A stretch of DNA of 64,000 nt, taken from contig NIVC01002748.1 in assembly GCA_002269645.1 (NCBI GenBank), positions 1-64,000 on the forward strand. Reading direction: 5' to 3'. Position numbers and translations under genes: made by a program. Under the pieces are notes generated by a model. It was not told the DNA's origin, made no database searches, and saw nothing but the letters and a program-made list of their open reading frames with translations. Shown here piece after piece: positions 49,755 through 62,924 of the stretch; positions within the stretch are counted from its first letter, which is position 1, and each line of letters begins with the position of its first letter. This DNA comes from Macrostomum lignano (lineage: Eukaryota).

Positions 49755-50895
49755 GCTCCATTAGCACCTCAGCTGGTTACCCCATTAGCACCTCAGCTGG
49801 TTACCCCATTAGCACTTCAGCTGGTCACCCCAATAGCATCTCATCTGTTTGCCCCAATAGCACCTCAGCTGCTTACCCCATTAGCACCTCAGCTGGTTAC
49901 CCCATTAGCACCTCAGCTGGTTACCCCATTAGCACTTCAGCTGGTTACCCCATTAGCACCTCAGCTGGTTACCCCATTAGCACCTCAGCTGGTTACCCCA
50001 TTAGCACCTCAGCTGGTTACCCCATTAGCACCTCAGCTGGTTACCCCATTAGCACTTCAGCTGGTTACCCCATTAGCGCTTCAGCTGGTTACCCCATTAG
50101 CGCTTCAGCTGGTTACCCCATTAGCGCTTCAGCTGGTTACCCCATTAGCGCTTCAGCTGGTCACCCCATTAGCGCTTCAGCTGGTTACCCCATTAGCACT
50201 TCATCTGGTCACCCCATTAGCACTTCAGCTGGTCACCCCAATAGCATCTTATCTGTTTGCCCCATTAGCACCTCAGCTGGTTACCCCATTAGCACCTCAG
50301 CTGGTTACTCCAATAGCATCTCAGCTGGTTACCCCATTAGCACCTCAGCTGGTTACCCCATTAGCACCTCAGCTGGTTACCCCATTAGCACCTCAGCTGG
50401 TTACCCCATTAGCACTTCAGCTGGTTACCCCATTAGCGCTTCAGCTGGTTACCCCATTAGCGCTTCAGCTGGTCACCCCATTAGCGCTTCAGCTGGTTAC
50501 CCCATTAGCACTTCATCTGGTCACCCCATTAGCATCTCATCTGTTTGCCCCAATAGCACCTCAGCTGGTTAACCCATTAGCATCTCAGCTGGTTACCCCA
50601 TTAGCACCTCAGCTGGTTACCCCATTAGCACCTCAGCTGGTTACCCCATTAGCACCTCAGCTGGTTACCCCATTAGCACCTCAGCTGGTTACCCCAATAA
50701 CACCTCAGCTGGTTACCCCATTAGCACCTCAGCTGGTTACTCCATTAGCACCTCAGCTGGTTACCCCATTAGCACCTCAGCTGGTTACCCCATTAGCACC
50801 TCAGCTGGTTACTCCATTAGCACCTCAGCTGGTTACCCCATTAGCACCTCAGCTGGTTACCCCATTAGCACTTAGTTACCATATTAGCACCTCAG
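49755..50895. repeat. 24-bp minisatellite (cccattagcacctcagctggttac), ~47 copies
   Basis: Direct inspection. Confidence 0.96.
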
Positions 50896-51274
50896 CTCCT
50901 ACCTATAAATTAGCAGGTAGGAAGACCGCAAAAGAGTATGTAGTTCTAGTATCTTCAGTGAAAAAGTACATTTATTAAGGTGCAATACTTACAGATAGGA
51001 CGATGATGTATTTTAGAAGAAGTATTACACTAATTATTACAAATTAAATGGCGCTTAGGCTTGACATTGACAGGGCGAAAACTGCTGAAATAGAAATAGC
51101 TTTTGTCTATGGCAAAATCTGATACATAGACTGTTCTCTTTGATTGCTAAGTAGTATATCCAAGCGGAGGCCGATCTACGGCTATTTAGATTTTAAAAAG
51201 CGACACAAAATAAACTATAGAAACAGCCCTAATAGCTGGCCTATTCTGGCCGGCTGGCTCAGTATTTTAACAAC

Positions 51275-51282
51275 AGACAGGC

Positions 51283-51363
<81 letters not shown>

Positions 51364-51378
51364 CACAGACAGACACAC

Positions 51379-51409
<31 letters not shown>

Positions 51410-51487
51410 CACAGACAGACACACAGACAGACACACAGACACACAGACAGACACACAGACAGACACACAGACAGACACACAGACAGA
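51275..51487. repeat. (GACA)n/(CA)n compound microsatellite
   Basis: Direct inspection. Confidence 0.95.
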
Positions 51488-51698
51488 ACTGCTAAACGGA
51501 CAACAGTAAGTACTCGCAGAATAGATGTGTACAAAACTCATTAAGAAAACACATTGAAAGGGATGGGGAGTGTACAACGGTCCGGACTGGCAGCTCGCGC
51601 CAGGCCTCCACTAAACAATAGTCACTGTTATTTATCTCCCCACTCATCAGCGAGGAAAAACAAAGCATTTTGCACGGCGACGAGCTCGAGTTTCAGCA

Positions 51699-53126
51699 TC
51701 AGAAGTCGAACCGCGGTCCTGCATCGGCCTCGTCCCCGCCGACGCAGCCACCGCGGCAGCAGCGGCAGCAGCAGGCTCGCAGGCGACCTCCGGCCGCTTC
51801 AAATCCGGCCCGAGTTCGCCGATGGCACAGCCGGTTGCCGCAGAACACGTAGGCGAATGGGTCCAGGACGCTATTGAGGTGCACCAGCAGCTCCAGGTAG
51901 AAGCTGCAGGGCCTGAACAGCCCCGCTGGCAGCAGACCGAGCCACTCGGCGCCGGAAAGCGCCGCCCGCGGCGCCCGGCAGACGACGAAGAGCAGCACCA
52001 GCAGGACGAGGGTCCGCAGCGCCCGGCGGTGCTGCTTGGCCAGGATCTCGTTGATCACCTCCTCGGAGTCGCGCTGGCGAGCGTAGCGACGCGAATTGGC
52101 GTCCAGAGACAGTCGCTGCATGGACTGCAGGCTCAGGCGGGTGTCGCCGCGGTGCAACGGAGTCGCGGTTCCGCCGACCGGGCCGGCGCCTCCGGTGCAG
52201 CCAACAACGCCCAAATCGCAGAGGGTGTTCCTCCGCTGCGGCCTCTCCAGGAGTTTGGCGGCGCCGGCGGAGGCGGCAGCGGCGGCGGCTGTCTGTCCGA
52301 CATTGACGGGGACGGAGCACTTCCTGGCGGCGGGGCCGCACGGCTTTCCTGTGGTTAGCAGCTGCCTGGTGGAGCCGCCGCCGCCGCCGCCGCCACCGCA
52401 GTCGGTTGAGTAGCCCGAGTGCCTGCGCAGGAACTTGAGCTTCCTGCTCCGTTCGATCTGCCGGCAGATGGTGAAGTTGCAGACGGCCAAGGCGCACAGG
52501 GCGGCGGCGAATTCGGCGACAATGTGCAGCCGCTGGAAGAGGCGACGGCCGTCCGGGCCCAGGCCGAGTCTGGGCGCCTGGCCGGCGGTGCACAGCACCC
52601 AGGCGAGGCCGGCCAGCAGCATCGGGGTGAGCCGGCGGTGGCTCAGGCGGTACTTGATCGGCCGGAACACCAGGCAGGTTCGGTCGATTGTCACGGCAAC
52701 TACGGCGCAGACGGAGGCTGACTGGGCGGCCTGCACGGCGGCCTCGGTCCAGCGGGCCGCCCGAGAGTGGCCGGCGGCCGGCGGCCAGACGTAGAAATAC
52801 CAGGCGGCCGGGGTGAGCAGTGTGACCAGCAGGTCGGCCAGCGCCAGGTTGCCAACAAAAATCGAGTGCAACTTCGACTGGGCGCCGCGGCGGAGGGTCA
52901 GCGCCAGGGCGACGGCGTTGGCGGCGGCGCCGGCCAGGAGAATGACGGCGACGCCAGATGCGCCGAGGGCCGTCTCCAGCTGGCGTGGCGGCCGGTTTTG
53001 CAAGTCGCTGGAATTGTCGGTGGCCATCAGACAGGCTGCGGTGGTGGATGCGTGGGTGGAGGCAGCGGGATAACAGAACAGCTGGGGCAGCGGCGGAGCG
53101 CCCCCGGTGCCGCTAAAATAGTTCAT
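51699..53126 (-). CDS. Rhodopsin-family (class A) GPCR, intronless, 475 aa, orphan
   Basis: CCACCATG start context. Seven hydrophobic segments with TM1 GAAANAV, TM2 FVGNLALADLL, TM3 TIDRT..FRPIKYR, TM4 AWVL, TM6 FVVCRAP, TM7 LNSVLDPFAY; long Gly/Ala-rich ICL3. Confidence 0.93.
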   Translation of the reverse strand: MNYFSGTGGAPPLPQLFCYPAASTHASTTAACLMATDNSSDLQNRPPRQLETALGASGVAVILLAGAAANAVALALTLRRGAQSKLHSIFVGNLALADLLVTLLTPAAWYFYVWPPAAGHSRAARWTEAAVQAAQSASVCAVVAVTIDRTCLVFRPIKYRLSHRRLTPMLLAGLAWVLCTAGQAPRLGLGPDGRRLFQRLHIVAEFAAALCALAVCNFTICRQIERSRKLKFLRRHSGYSTDCGGGGGGGGSTRQLLTTGKPCGPAARKCSVPVNVGQTAAAAAASAGAAKLLERPQRRNTLCDLGVVGCTGGAGPVGGTATPLHRGDTRLSLQSMQRLSLDANSRRYARQRDSEEVINEILAKQHRRALRTLVLLVLLFVVCRAPRAALSGAEWLGLLPAGLFRPCSFYLELLVHLNSVLDPFAYVFCGNRLCHRRTRAGFEAAGGRLRACCCRCCRGGCVGGDEADAGPRFDF

Positions 53127-53734
53127 GGTGGGGGTGCTGGCGAGGCACTCGGGGTTGGGGGGAGGGGCGGCCGGGGAGGGGACGCTGGGGATGGATTGGT
53201 GGTTGGGGAAGAAGGGACGGCTGTGATGGAGGGTGTAGGGAGTGCTGAATTCGGTGGGTCGGGGAGGGGGTGAGGGGAATAGCAGGGGGCGGATAAAAGC
53301 CGGCCAGCTCTATAGCCGGCCCGATTCCCAATTGACAAGAAAGTCGCCCTGCGCTGCGCAATTGCAAACGTTGACGCCACGGGGTTGGGTCGCAACAAAG
53401 ATGGAGGAATAAAAGAAGGAAGTGGAGAGTCAGCAGACTTGGCTTTTATCCAAGACTTTGTGGGCGGAGGCGAAAAAAATGAAATTTTCCTAATGCAACG
53501 ATACAGTTGGGTCCATTAGCGAAGACAAAGGACAAGATTCTTGACTTCAGCGTGGGAGGCCGGCCTGACTACCCGGCTATCTGATTATATTCCAGATTCA
53601 AAGAGTTCAATTAAGAATTCTTTTATTCGCATTGTGGCAGCGGCTTCTCGACAGTCATGCATTGCAGGCGGCATGACTGCCAAATTGAAAATTTCTCTTG
53701 TACTTTTCGGTTAGCGCCATTCATTTCGGTCATT

Positions 53735-54635
53735 GTTGATCACCAACTCGTATCTTCGGTCATTGTTGATCACTATTTTCAGTCATTGTTGATCACCATT
53801 TTCAGTCATTGTTGATCACTATTTTCAGTCATTGTTGATCACTATTTTCAGTCATTGTTGCCCAATCTTTTCGGTCATTGTTGATCACTATTTTCAGTCA
53901 TTGTTGATCACTATTTTCAGTCATTGTTGATCACTATTTTCAGTCATTGTTGATCACTATTTTCAGTCATTGTTGATCACTATTTTCAGTCATTGTTGAT
54001 CACTATTTTCAGTCATTGTTGATCACTATTTTCAGTCATTGTTGATCACTATTTTCAGTCATTGTTGATCACTATTTTCAGTCATTGTTGATCACTATTA
54101 TAAGTCATTGTTGATCACTATTTTCAGTCATTGTTGATCACTATTTTCAGTCATTGTTGATCACTATTTTCAGTCATTGTTGATCACTATTTTCAGTCAT
54201 TGTTGATCACTATTTTCAGTCATTGTTGATCACTATTTTAGTCATTGTTGATCACTATTTTCAGTCATTGTTGATCACTATTTTCAGTCATTGTTGCCCA
54301 ATCTTTTCGGTCATTGTTGATCACTATTTTCAGTCATTGTTGATCACTATTTTCAGTCATTGTTGATCACTATTTTCAGTCATTGTTGATCACTATTTTC
54401 AGTCATTGTTGATCACTATTTTCAGTCATTGTTGATCACTATTTTCAGTCATTGTTGATCACTATTTTCAGTCATTGTTGATCACTATTTTCAGTCATTG
54501 TTGATCACTATTTTCAGTCATTGTTGATCACTATTTTCAGTCATTTTTAATCACTATTATAAGTCATTGTTGATCACTATTTTCAGTCATTGTTGATCAC
54601 TATTATAAGTCATTGTTGATCACTATTTTTAGTCA
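53735..54635. repeat. 23-bp minisatellite (gtcattgttgatcactattttca), ~38 copies
   Basis: Period 23 (53761 to 53784). Confidence 0.96.
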
Positions 54636-55334
54636 TTTTCTTCCTTCGCATCATTGTAGCTATGGTGCGCGGACATTGCTAAAATTGTAAAAAATTAGCA
54701 AAAACTGTATACTACTGCAATTTGCCACTCATGGCTGTTTTCAAAATGTATGCAGCACTGCCTGGGACATCTAAGAGATCTTGAAGAACCGAAGCCTCAT
54801 AAAGCAAGAGTAATTAGAGAGCTTCCGTGTGAGGCGGGCGGTATCGCGGAGGCGTGCAAAAGCAAATTTAAGGCGAGAAGGAGAAAGGGGCTTTAATGGC
54901 AGCTCTTTAAAAGTAAGAAAAGTGAGCTCATCTCAACTGCGACTGCTTGGGAGGATTGGGAAAGTGATTGAGGGACAGAAGCTCAAACCCCAGGCAGAAC
55001 CGCCCCCTCCCGATCCAGGCCAGCCCCAGCTGCTCATCCAGGGCTGAATAAGAGAAGGCGCGGCAAAGCTTGACCTGAGATGAACTCATCTCGCCGCCGC
55101 CCCCACGCCGCCCAGCCAACCAAACCAAAACGTGGCAGGAGTGAGGTGCGGAGTGCGGGGGCAGCAGCTGACTGAGTAGCGATGAGGCCAGGTTTAAGTA
55201 GGTGCCCTGGGAGGCTGAGGGGGACGAGCGGACAACAACGCAGCCCCCTCGTATGCGCCCTCACGCACGGACGTCCCGGCTCGAGTCAAAGAGAATCCAA
55301 GCCTCAGAGAATGAGCTGGCAATTTGGCTTTGGT

Positions 55335-56195
55335 TCTCACCCACTGGCTCACTCTCACCCAATGTCTCACTCTCACCCAATGTCTCACTCTCACCCAATG
55401 TCTCACTCTCACCCTCTGTCTCACTCTCACCCAATGTCTCACTCTCACCCTCTGTCTCACTCTCACCCAATGTCTCACTCTCACCCTCTGTCTCACTCTC
55501 ACCCAATGTCTCACTCTCACTCACTGTCTCACTCTCACCCAATGTATCACTCTCACCCAATGTCTCACTCTCACCCTCTGTCTCACTCTCACCCAATGTC
55601 TCACTCTCCATCTCTGTCTCACTCTCACCCACTGTCTCACTCTCAACCAATGTCTCACTCTCCCCCTCTGTCTCACTCTCACCCAATGTCTCCCCCTCAC
55701 CCACTGTCTCACTCTCCACCTCTGTCTCACTCTCACCCACTGTCTCACTCTCACCCAATGTCTCACTCTGCCCCTCTGTCTCACTCTCACCCACTGTCTC
55801 ACTCTCCCCCTCTGTCTCACTCTCCCCTCTGTCTTACTCTCACCCACTATCTAACTCTCACTCACTGTCTCACTCTCACCCAATGTCTCACTCTCACCCG
55901 CTGTCTCACTCTCACCCAATGTCTCACTCTCACCCGCTGTATCACTCTCACCCAATGTCTCACTCTCACCCAATGTCTCACTCTCACCCTCTGTCTCACT
56001 CTCACCCTCTGTCTCCCCCTCACCCACTGTCTCACTCTCCCCCTCTGTCTCACTCTCACCCACTGTCTCACTCTCCCCCTCTGTCTCACTCTCCCCTCTG
56101 TCTTACTCTCACCCACTATCTAACTCTCACTCACTGTCTCACTCTCACCCACTGTCTCACTCTCACCCTCTGTCTCACTCTCCCCCTGTCTCACT
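55335..56195. repeat. 18-bp minisatellite (tgtctcactctcacccaa and variants)
   Basis: Direct inspection; an internal block is duplicated (~55850 and ~56120). Confidence 0.94.
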
Positions 56196-56989
56196 CTCGC
56201 ACACGTGACCTTGATTTACTTCCTGTCAGTCCATCAAATGCTCTCGGTGTAAATCCGGGAGAATTTTTCTAAGCGCTTAAATCCAGGGAAGCGGCATCCC
56301 CGTCTGCGTGTATCTCCCGCAGGCAGGTATCGTTCGCAATAGGGTACACGCAAGCACCGAAATCCTGAGCAGAATTGCATAAGGCAAATTGGGCTCAGGC
56401 AGTTGAATAGCCTGGAGAGAGTCCTCAAACAGAAGCAGAGAGAGCTCCGCAGAGCAGCAGAAGGAGACTCTGATGAAGCCAGCGGGCGGCTTCTCGATTT
56501 CCTCGGCCGGAAGAGCGCACGCGCTCGGTGGGGTGGGGCAACAAGGAAAAAATATATAGATACATTTGAGAGGCCGAAGCGAGTCCAGAGCCCCACTTAA
56601 CTTATTTTCATCCGCTGGTTTTATCCGCCATATCAGCCTTCTTCGAGAGACTGCTTTGCCCAGCAACGATTCTTAGCCGAAATCCGGTCAACCAGAGGGC
56701 GGAGCTGCAGATGAGAAAGATTTTGATGAGGGCCTTTCCTTGCTGGCTATAAAAAGAAAATGTCCTTGTTGCCAACGATAAAAGTGCAGCGTTCTGTTGC
56801 TTGTCATAAGAGAATGATATAATTGATGGAAGATAACTATTCACAGGTGGCCTTCGTTGACATCGGTCCCACAACCAGCTCTGAGGCAGTTCTGCCCGTT
56901 CCACTGACTCCTGAGCACTTTCAAGCGCACCAATACTGTACGCAAGCACTGCACTCATGCACACAGGCTGTACTGCAACCCTGACTTTC

Positions 56990-57662
56990 TGTCTCTGTCT
57001 CTGCCTCACTCTCTGTCTCACTCTCAATCTCTGCCTCACTCTCAATCTCTGACTCACTCTCAATCTCTGTCTCACTCTCAATCTCTGTCTCACTCTCAAT
57101 CTCTGACTCACTCTCAATCTCTGTCTCACTCTCAATCTCTGTTTCACTCTCAATCTCTGTCTCACTCTCAATCTCTGTCTCACTCTCAATCTCTGTCTCA
57201 CTCTCAATCTCTGTCTCACTCTCAATCTCTGTTTCACTCTCAATCTCTGTCTCACTCTCAATCTCTGTCTCACTCTCAATCTCTGTCTCACTCTCAATCT
57301 CTGTCTCACTCTCAATCTCTGTCTCACTCTCAATCTCTGTCTCACTCTCAATCTCTGTTTCACTCTCAATCTCTGTCTCACTCTCAATCCCTGTCTCATT
57401 TTCAATCTCTGTCTCACTCTCAATCTCTGTCTCACTCTCAATCTCTGTCTCACTCTCAATCTCTGTCTCACTCTCAATCTCTGTTTCACTCTCAATCTCT
57501 GTCTCACTCTCAATCCCTGTCTCATTTTCAATCTCTGTCTCACTCTCACCCACTGTCTCACCCTCACCTACTGTCTCACTCTCACCCACTGTCTCACTCT
57601 CACCCACTGTCTCACTCTCACCCACTGTCTCACTCTCACCCACAGTCTCACTCTCAATCTCC
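56990..57662. repeat. 18-bp minisatellite (tgtctcactctcaatctc), related to 55335-56195
   Basis: Direct inspection. Confidence 0.95.
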
Positions 57663-58079
57663 GTCTCACGCAAGTTATCCCAAGCAAAATTCAGATAGCT
57701 TTTAGAGTCGTTATTAAAAATCCTATAAGTCCTATTATGGCAACGAGATGAAATAACCACGACAGTGAATCACATAGACGAACCAGATACTAATGAATAA
57801 AAACGTTCGCTGATTGCAGCCTGGCTAAAGCGCTTTTTGGTTGCTGGGCCATCGTCTGCAAATTGAGACCTAAATTCTCTCTCTGAGCCATTCTCTAGAC
57901 AATGAGTTAGTAAGAGAGGCCTGCGAATGCATTCAGGCCAGTCACGGGACGCTGATTAAAATGAATTGCAAGTGCCGACAGTCAGACTGGAGAGGCGTTT
58001 TTAACGCTAGGCTGAACTGGAAGAAAGGTGGGGAGCGGGAAATAGCGGGAGTGGATGGGGGAAAAGAGATGCAGGATTA

Positions 58080-59415
58080 CGCAGAGTGGAGAGCGGAGAG
58101 CGGAGAGTAGAGAGCGGATAGTAGAGAGCGGATAGTAGAAAGCGGATAGTAGAGAGCGGAGAGTAGAGAGCAGACAGTATAAAGCGGATAGTAGAGAGCG
58201 GAGAGTAGAGAGCGGATAGTAGAGAGCGGAGAGTAGAAAGCGGAGAGTAGAGAGCGGGTAGTAGAGAGCGGATAGTAGAGAGCGGATAGTAGAGAGCGGA
58301 TAGTAGAGAGCGGATAGTAGAGAGCGGATAGTAGAGAGCGGATAGTAGAGAGCGGATAGTAGAGAGCGGATAGTAGAGAGCGGATAGTAGAGAGCGGTGA
58401 GTAGAGAGTGGATAGTAGAGAGCGGATAGTAGAGAGCGGAGAGTAGAGAGCGGGTAGTAGAGAGCGGGTAGTAGAGAGCGGGTAGTAGAGAGCGGAGAGT
58501 AGAGAGCGGGTAGTAGAGAGCAGAATGTAGAAAGCGGAGAGTAGAGAGCAGATAGTAGAGAGCGGAGAGTAGAGAGCGGATAGTAGATAGCGGAGAGTAG
58601 AGAGCGGTGCGTAGAGAGCAGAAGGTAGAAAGCGGAGAGTAGAGAGCAAATAGTAGAGAGCGGATAGTAGAGAGCGGATAGTAGATAGCGGAGAGTAGAG
58701 AGCGGGTAGTAGAGAGCGGATAGTAGAAAGCGGATAGTAGAGAGTGGATAGTAGAGAGTGGATAGTAGAGAGCGGAGAGTAGAGAGCGGATAGTAGAGAG
58801 TGGATAGTAGAGAGCGGATAGTAGAAAGCGGATAGTAGAAAGCTATGAGTAGAGAGCAGAAAGTAGAAAGCGGAGAGTAGAGAGCGGATAGTAGAAAGCG
58901 GATAGTAGAGAGTGGATAGTAGAGAGCGGATAGTAGAAAGCGGATAGTAGAAAGCTATGAGTAGAGAGCAGAAAGTAGAAAGCGGAGAGTAGAGAGCGGA
59001 TAGTAGAGAGCGGATAGTAGAAAGCGGAGAGTAGAGAGCGGATAGTAGAGAGCGGATAGTAGAGAGCGGATAGTAGAGAGCAGACAGTAGAAAGCGGAGA
59101 GTAGAGAGCGGATAGTAGAGAGCGGATAGTAGAAAGCGGAGAGTAGAGAGCGGATAGTAGAGAGCGGATAGTAGAGAGCGGATAGTAGAGAGCAGACAGT
59201 AGAAAGCGGAGAGTAGAGAGCGGATAGTAGAGAGCGGATAGTAGAGAGCGGATAGTAGAGAGCGGATAGTACGCGTAGAGAGCGGGTAGTAGAGAGCGGG
59301 TAGTAGAGAACGGTGAGTAGAGAGCGGTGAGTAGAGAGCGGTGAATAGAGAGCGGATAGTAGAGAGCGGATAGTAGAGAGCGGATAGTAGAGAGCGGATA
59401 GTAGAGAGCGGGTAG
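58080..59415. repeat. 14-bp minisatellite (gtagagagcggata), ~95 copies
   Basis: Direct inspection. Confidence 0.96.
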
Positions 59416-60021
59416 TAGTGTATAGTAGGAAGCTAAGATCGAATAGAAGGAGAGTGGCAGGATTCGATTTCACAAAATAGGCTGTCCAGAAAAAAGCAAA
59501 CGACAGCTGGATTGTCTTTAAAAGAAAGCTACAATTTAATGTGGTGAAGGAAGCACAGACTGCAACATGAGCTCAGCAGCTACAAATGAAATTCTTGCCA
59601 GTTCAAAGCTGGCAAGACGCCCAATCCACGGAGAAATGACTCAGTCGGATCTGCAGCTGTTTCTACGCATAATTTAGTCAGCAGTTTGAGGGAAAATGAA
59701 AGGGAACGGATCATGCAAAGGTCAAAAGCATCAATCACCTCTCAGAGGAGTAAATGATGAGAAGGCAGATGAGCCAGGACAAATAGGGCAGGCGGTGCCG
59801 ACCTTGGGCGCTGGGCCATCTGTTGCGGGGCTGAGGATTTCATATCGGACTTTTCTTCTGGCGCATATTGAAGAGACTTCTGTTGCTTAGGGGCCGACAA
59901 CTTGAAGGGAGGTCAACAGGTTTGTCGTGCGATTTACACCAATCCGGGCCACCTCTAATCATTCTTGATTAGAAAGTCAAGAGGGGCGGCTGTGCACCCT
60001 GTGTGCATGAGTGCGAGCCAT

Positions 60022-60213
60022 GGGTTTGGCCATAGACAAATCCGTCGAGACATAACACTGCAGAGACAGGAGCAGCTGGAAACTCGCCGCAACTTTGCTT
60101 GCTTGCCGGTCCCTGGCAGCAGTTCATGAAAAAGCAGCTTGATAAACTTGTGAGCGCAGCTCGGACAAAACACCTGCTGGCTGCATCTGCAATTCGGAAG
60201 TCCAGCAGGTGAG
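60022..60213. mobile_element. One-ended copy of the MITE family, joined to a SINE-B fragment (~59955-60010)
   Basis: gggtttggccatagacaaatccgtc...ggacaaaacacctgctggctgcatctgcaattcggaagtccagcaggtgag matches 2525-2731. Confidence 0.85.
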
Positions 60214-61024
60214 GCATTGGAACGGTACCGGCGATAGGGCATAGCTCAAACAGATTCTAATAGAAAATGTTCTATTTTTATCCACGTATGTAACATTTTT
60301 AAAAGAAAGTCAACTTTTAAAAACCAAAAAAAGTTACAAGTTTGGCTTATGATCTAGCAAAACCCTGTAACCCTAATTCAAAGTTTCCCATTGAAAAACC
60401 ACGTGAACAAGCGAACGAGTGCCAGCAGCCCCGCGTGACAAACGGGTAACCGGAAAAAAGTGGCCCTCCCATAACTTGTTGATTCCCCCCTACGCAGGAG
60501 GGGACAAATCCCTTTGGGAGGGAGTTCCCATTTCTTGCCGCTCTCGAAGATTTCATTCCAGAAATCTTGGAAAAATCTTCTTTTTTTGCATCTCAAACAA
60601 GTTACTCGTGCTGCAGCTCCCGCCAGCTCCCGCCAGCTCATGAGTTGAATCCCCTCCACAAGCCAAGATTTATCCCATTCTGATTCGCAATCTATCCAGC
60701 CACTGGGATCAATAATTAGTGTGGGCGTCAGTAGCAACCAAGCTTGACGAAAAGGCGAAATTTCCAATTATCACAACCCGGAGATGGGCACCGGCCTCCG
60801 CCAAAAAAAGTACGAACAGATTTTTGTTGGACCGAAAAGACTGAACAAGTTGTCTATATATGTATATGAATAGTCGAAATATAAACACTTTATGGCCTCG
60901 CACCTAAAAGAACGAAATAAAGCTACTAAAGAAACAAATTATTGTTGCATAATTTTGATGAATAAATTTCAACAGAAATCATAACCGGATCGCTATATAA
61001 GTGTCGGCGATCCTTTAGTAAAAG

Positions 61025-61850
61025 TTTGGCGCCCCTTACTAAAAGCTCGGCGCCCCTTACTTTACTAAGAGAGTTTGGCGCCCCTTACTTTACTAAGAGA
61101 GTTTGGCGCCCCTTACTTTACTAAGAGAGTTTGGCGCCCCTTACTTTACTAAGAGAGTTTGGCGCCCCTTACTTTACTAAGAGAGTTTGGCGCCCTTTAC
61201 TTTACTAAGAGTTTGGCGCCCCTTACTTTACTAAGAGAGTTTGGCGCCCCTTACTTTACTAAGAGAGTTTGGCGCCCCTTACTTTACTAAGAGTTTGGCG
61301 CCCTTTACTTTACTAAGAGTTTGGCGCCCCTTACTTTACTAAGAGAGTTTGGCGCCCCTTACTTTACTAAGAGTTTGGCGCCCCTTACTTTACTAAGAGA
61401 GTTTGGCGCCCCTTACTTTACTAAGAGTTTGGCGCCCCTTACTTTACTAAGAGTTTGGCGCCCCTTACTTTACTAAGAGAGTTTGGCGCCCCTTACTTTA
61501 CTAAGAGTTTGGCGCCCTTTACTTTACTAAGAGAGTTTGGCGCCCCTTACTTTACTAAGAGAGTTTGGCGCCCCTTACTTTACTAAGAGTTTGGCGCCCT
61601 TTACTTTACTAAGAGAGTTTGGCGCCCCTTACTTTACTAAGAGAGTTTGGCGCCCCTTACTTTACTAAGAGTTTGGCGCCCCTTACTTTACTAAGAGTTT
61701 GGCGCCCCTTACTTTACTAAGAGAGTTTGGCGCCCCTTACTTTACTAAGAGTTTGGCGCCCTTTACTTTACTAAGAGAGTTTGGCGCACCTTACTAAGAG
61801 TTTGGCGCCCCTTACTTTACTAAGAGAGTTTGGCGCTACCCTAAGAGTTT
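61025..61850. repeat. 28/26-bp minisatellite (ggcgccccttactttactaa[ga]gagttt)
   Basis: Period 28 (61077 to 61105), mixed with 26-bp variants. Confidence 0.96.
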
Positions 61851-62924
61851 GACGCTCATAGGGCGCTCTTTGACGCTCTTACAGAATCATATTTATATAA
61901 GCCATTATACTGTCTGTGATTATTAATAGCAATAAAACCGGCAGGTCGGTAAAAATTAAAAACTTTCTGTTTGCTCGGTAAACACTTGCGTAAATGAAAA
62001 GAAGGCAAAATATTGGCCGGGATCTGCAGCCCAACAAACAGCGTACAGCAAAAAGTACAAAACTTTTCTGGGCGACAATTCTTCCGCATACTGGCCCATG
62101 CCTCTGTATGGAATGGAGGATTAATAAAGGGTTGTGTTTGGATTGACACGACCTCGGGGAAAACATAACACGAAGAGTCTCGAACTGACGCCTACACACC
62201 CGCAACAGCTATACATATCTCCGTTGCATTGCTGACAGTGCTATCGGACAGTATAACAAATGCGTTTTTCCAATTTTCGTGTGCTTATTAAAACAAAATT
62301 AGTCAGACTTCAGATATGGAATTAGCCAGACCTCAGATGTGGGATTAGCCAGACCTCAGTTGTAGACAATGGGATTAGCCAGTCTACAAATCGGGAAAGT
62401 GCTCGACAAGTGTTGATCAGTACTGGTGCACATGTACTTTATAGCGCTATTGCGCATCCGAAAAAATCGGCTATCTGGCAGGCTTGCATTTTCAGGAGGC
62501 CAAGCGGTTTGACTACTCATTCACCTGCATACGGGGTGCCTGGATAGGATTTTTTGCCGGCAACAATAAACTACAATTTTCCGACACAGAAAGAGTTGTT
62601 CAGCGCGCAGTTCAAGCATCAAGTGATGCGACCTAGTTTACTTCTAAAAGGAAGCCTAGTCTGCTTGTTCAGAAAAAATCTGCACTTTTGTAGTGGCGGC
62701 AGGGTTATTGCGCACTACAAGAAGAAGTGTATTGCTTGTTCAAAGTTAGGTAGATTTTGTATATTGCCGACATTTTTTAAGAAACTCGCCTTTTATGACG
62801 TATAAATACTAGTAATGGTCCCTGGTAAGGCTGACGCTTGTGTACAGGTGCTTGACTTGAATCATTCAATATGGCGAAAACTATAGTATTTCTATTGGAC
62901 CAGTTATGTAATTACTCCTAACTA

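Noticed and set aside
55182-59473. SHSHP, ESETE, VRQRL and LSALY repeat ORFs
   Set aside because: Translations of the 18-bp and 14-bp arrays.
59500-60900. Several short ORFs and possible exons
   Set aside because: No recognisable motifs or consistent splice chain could be built.
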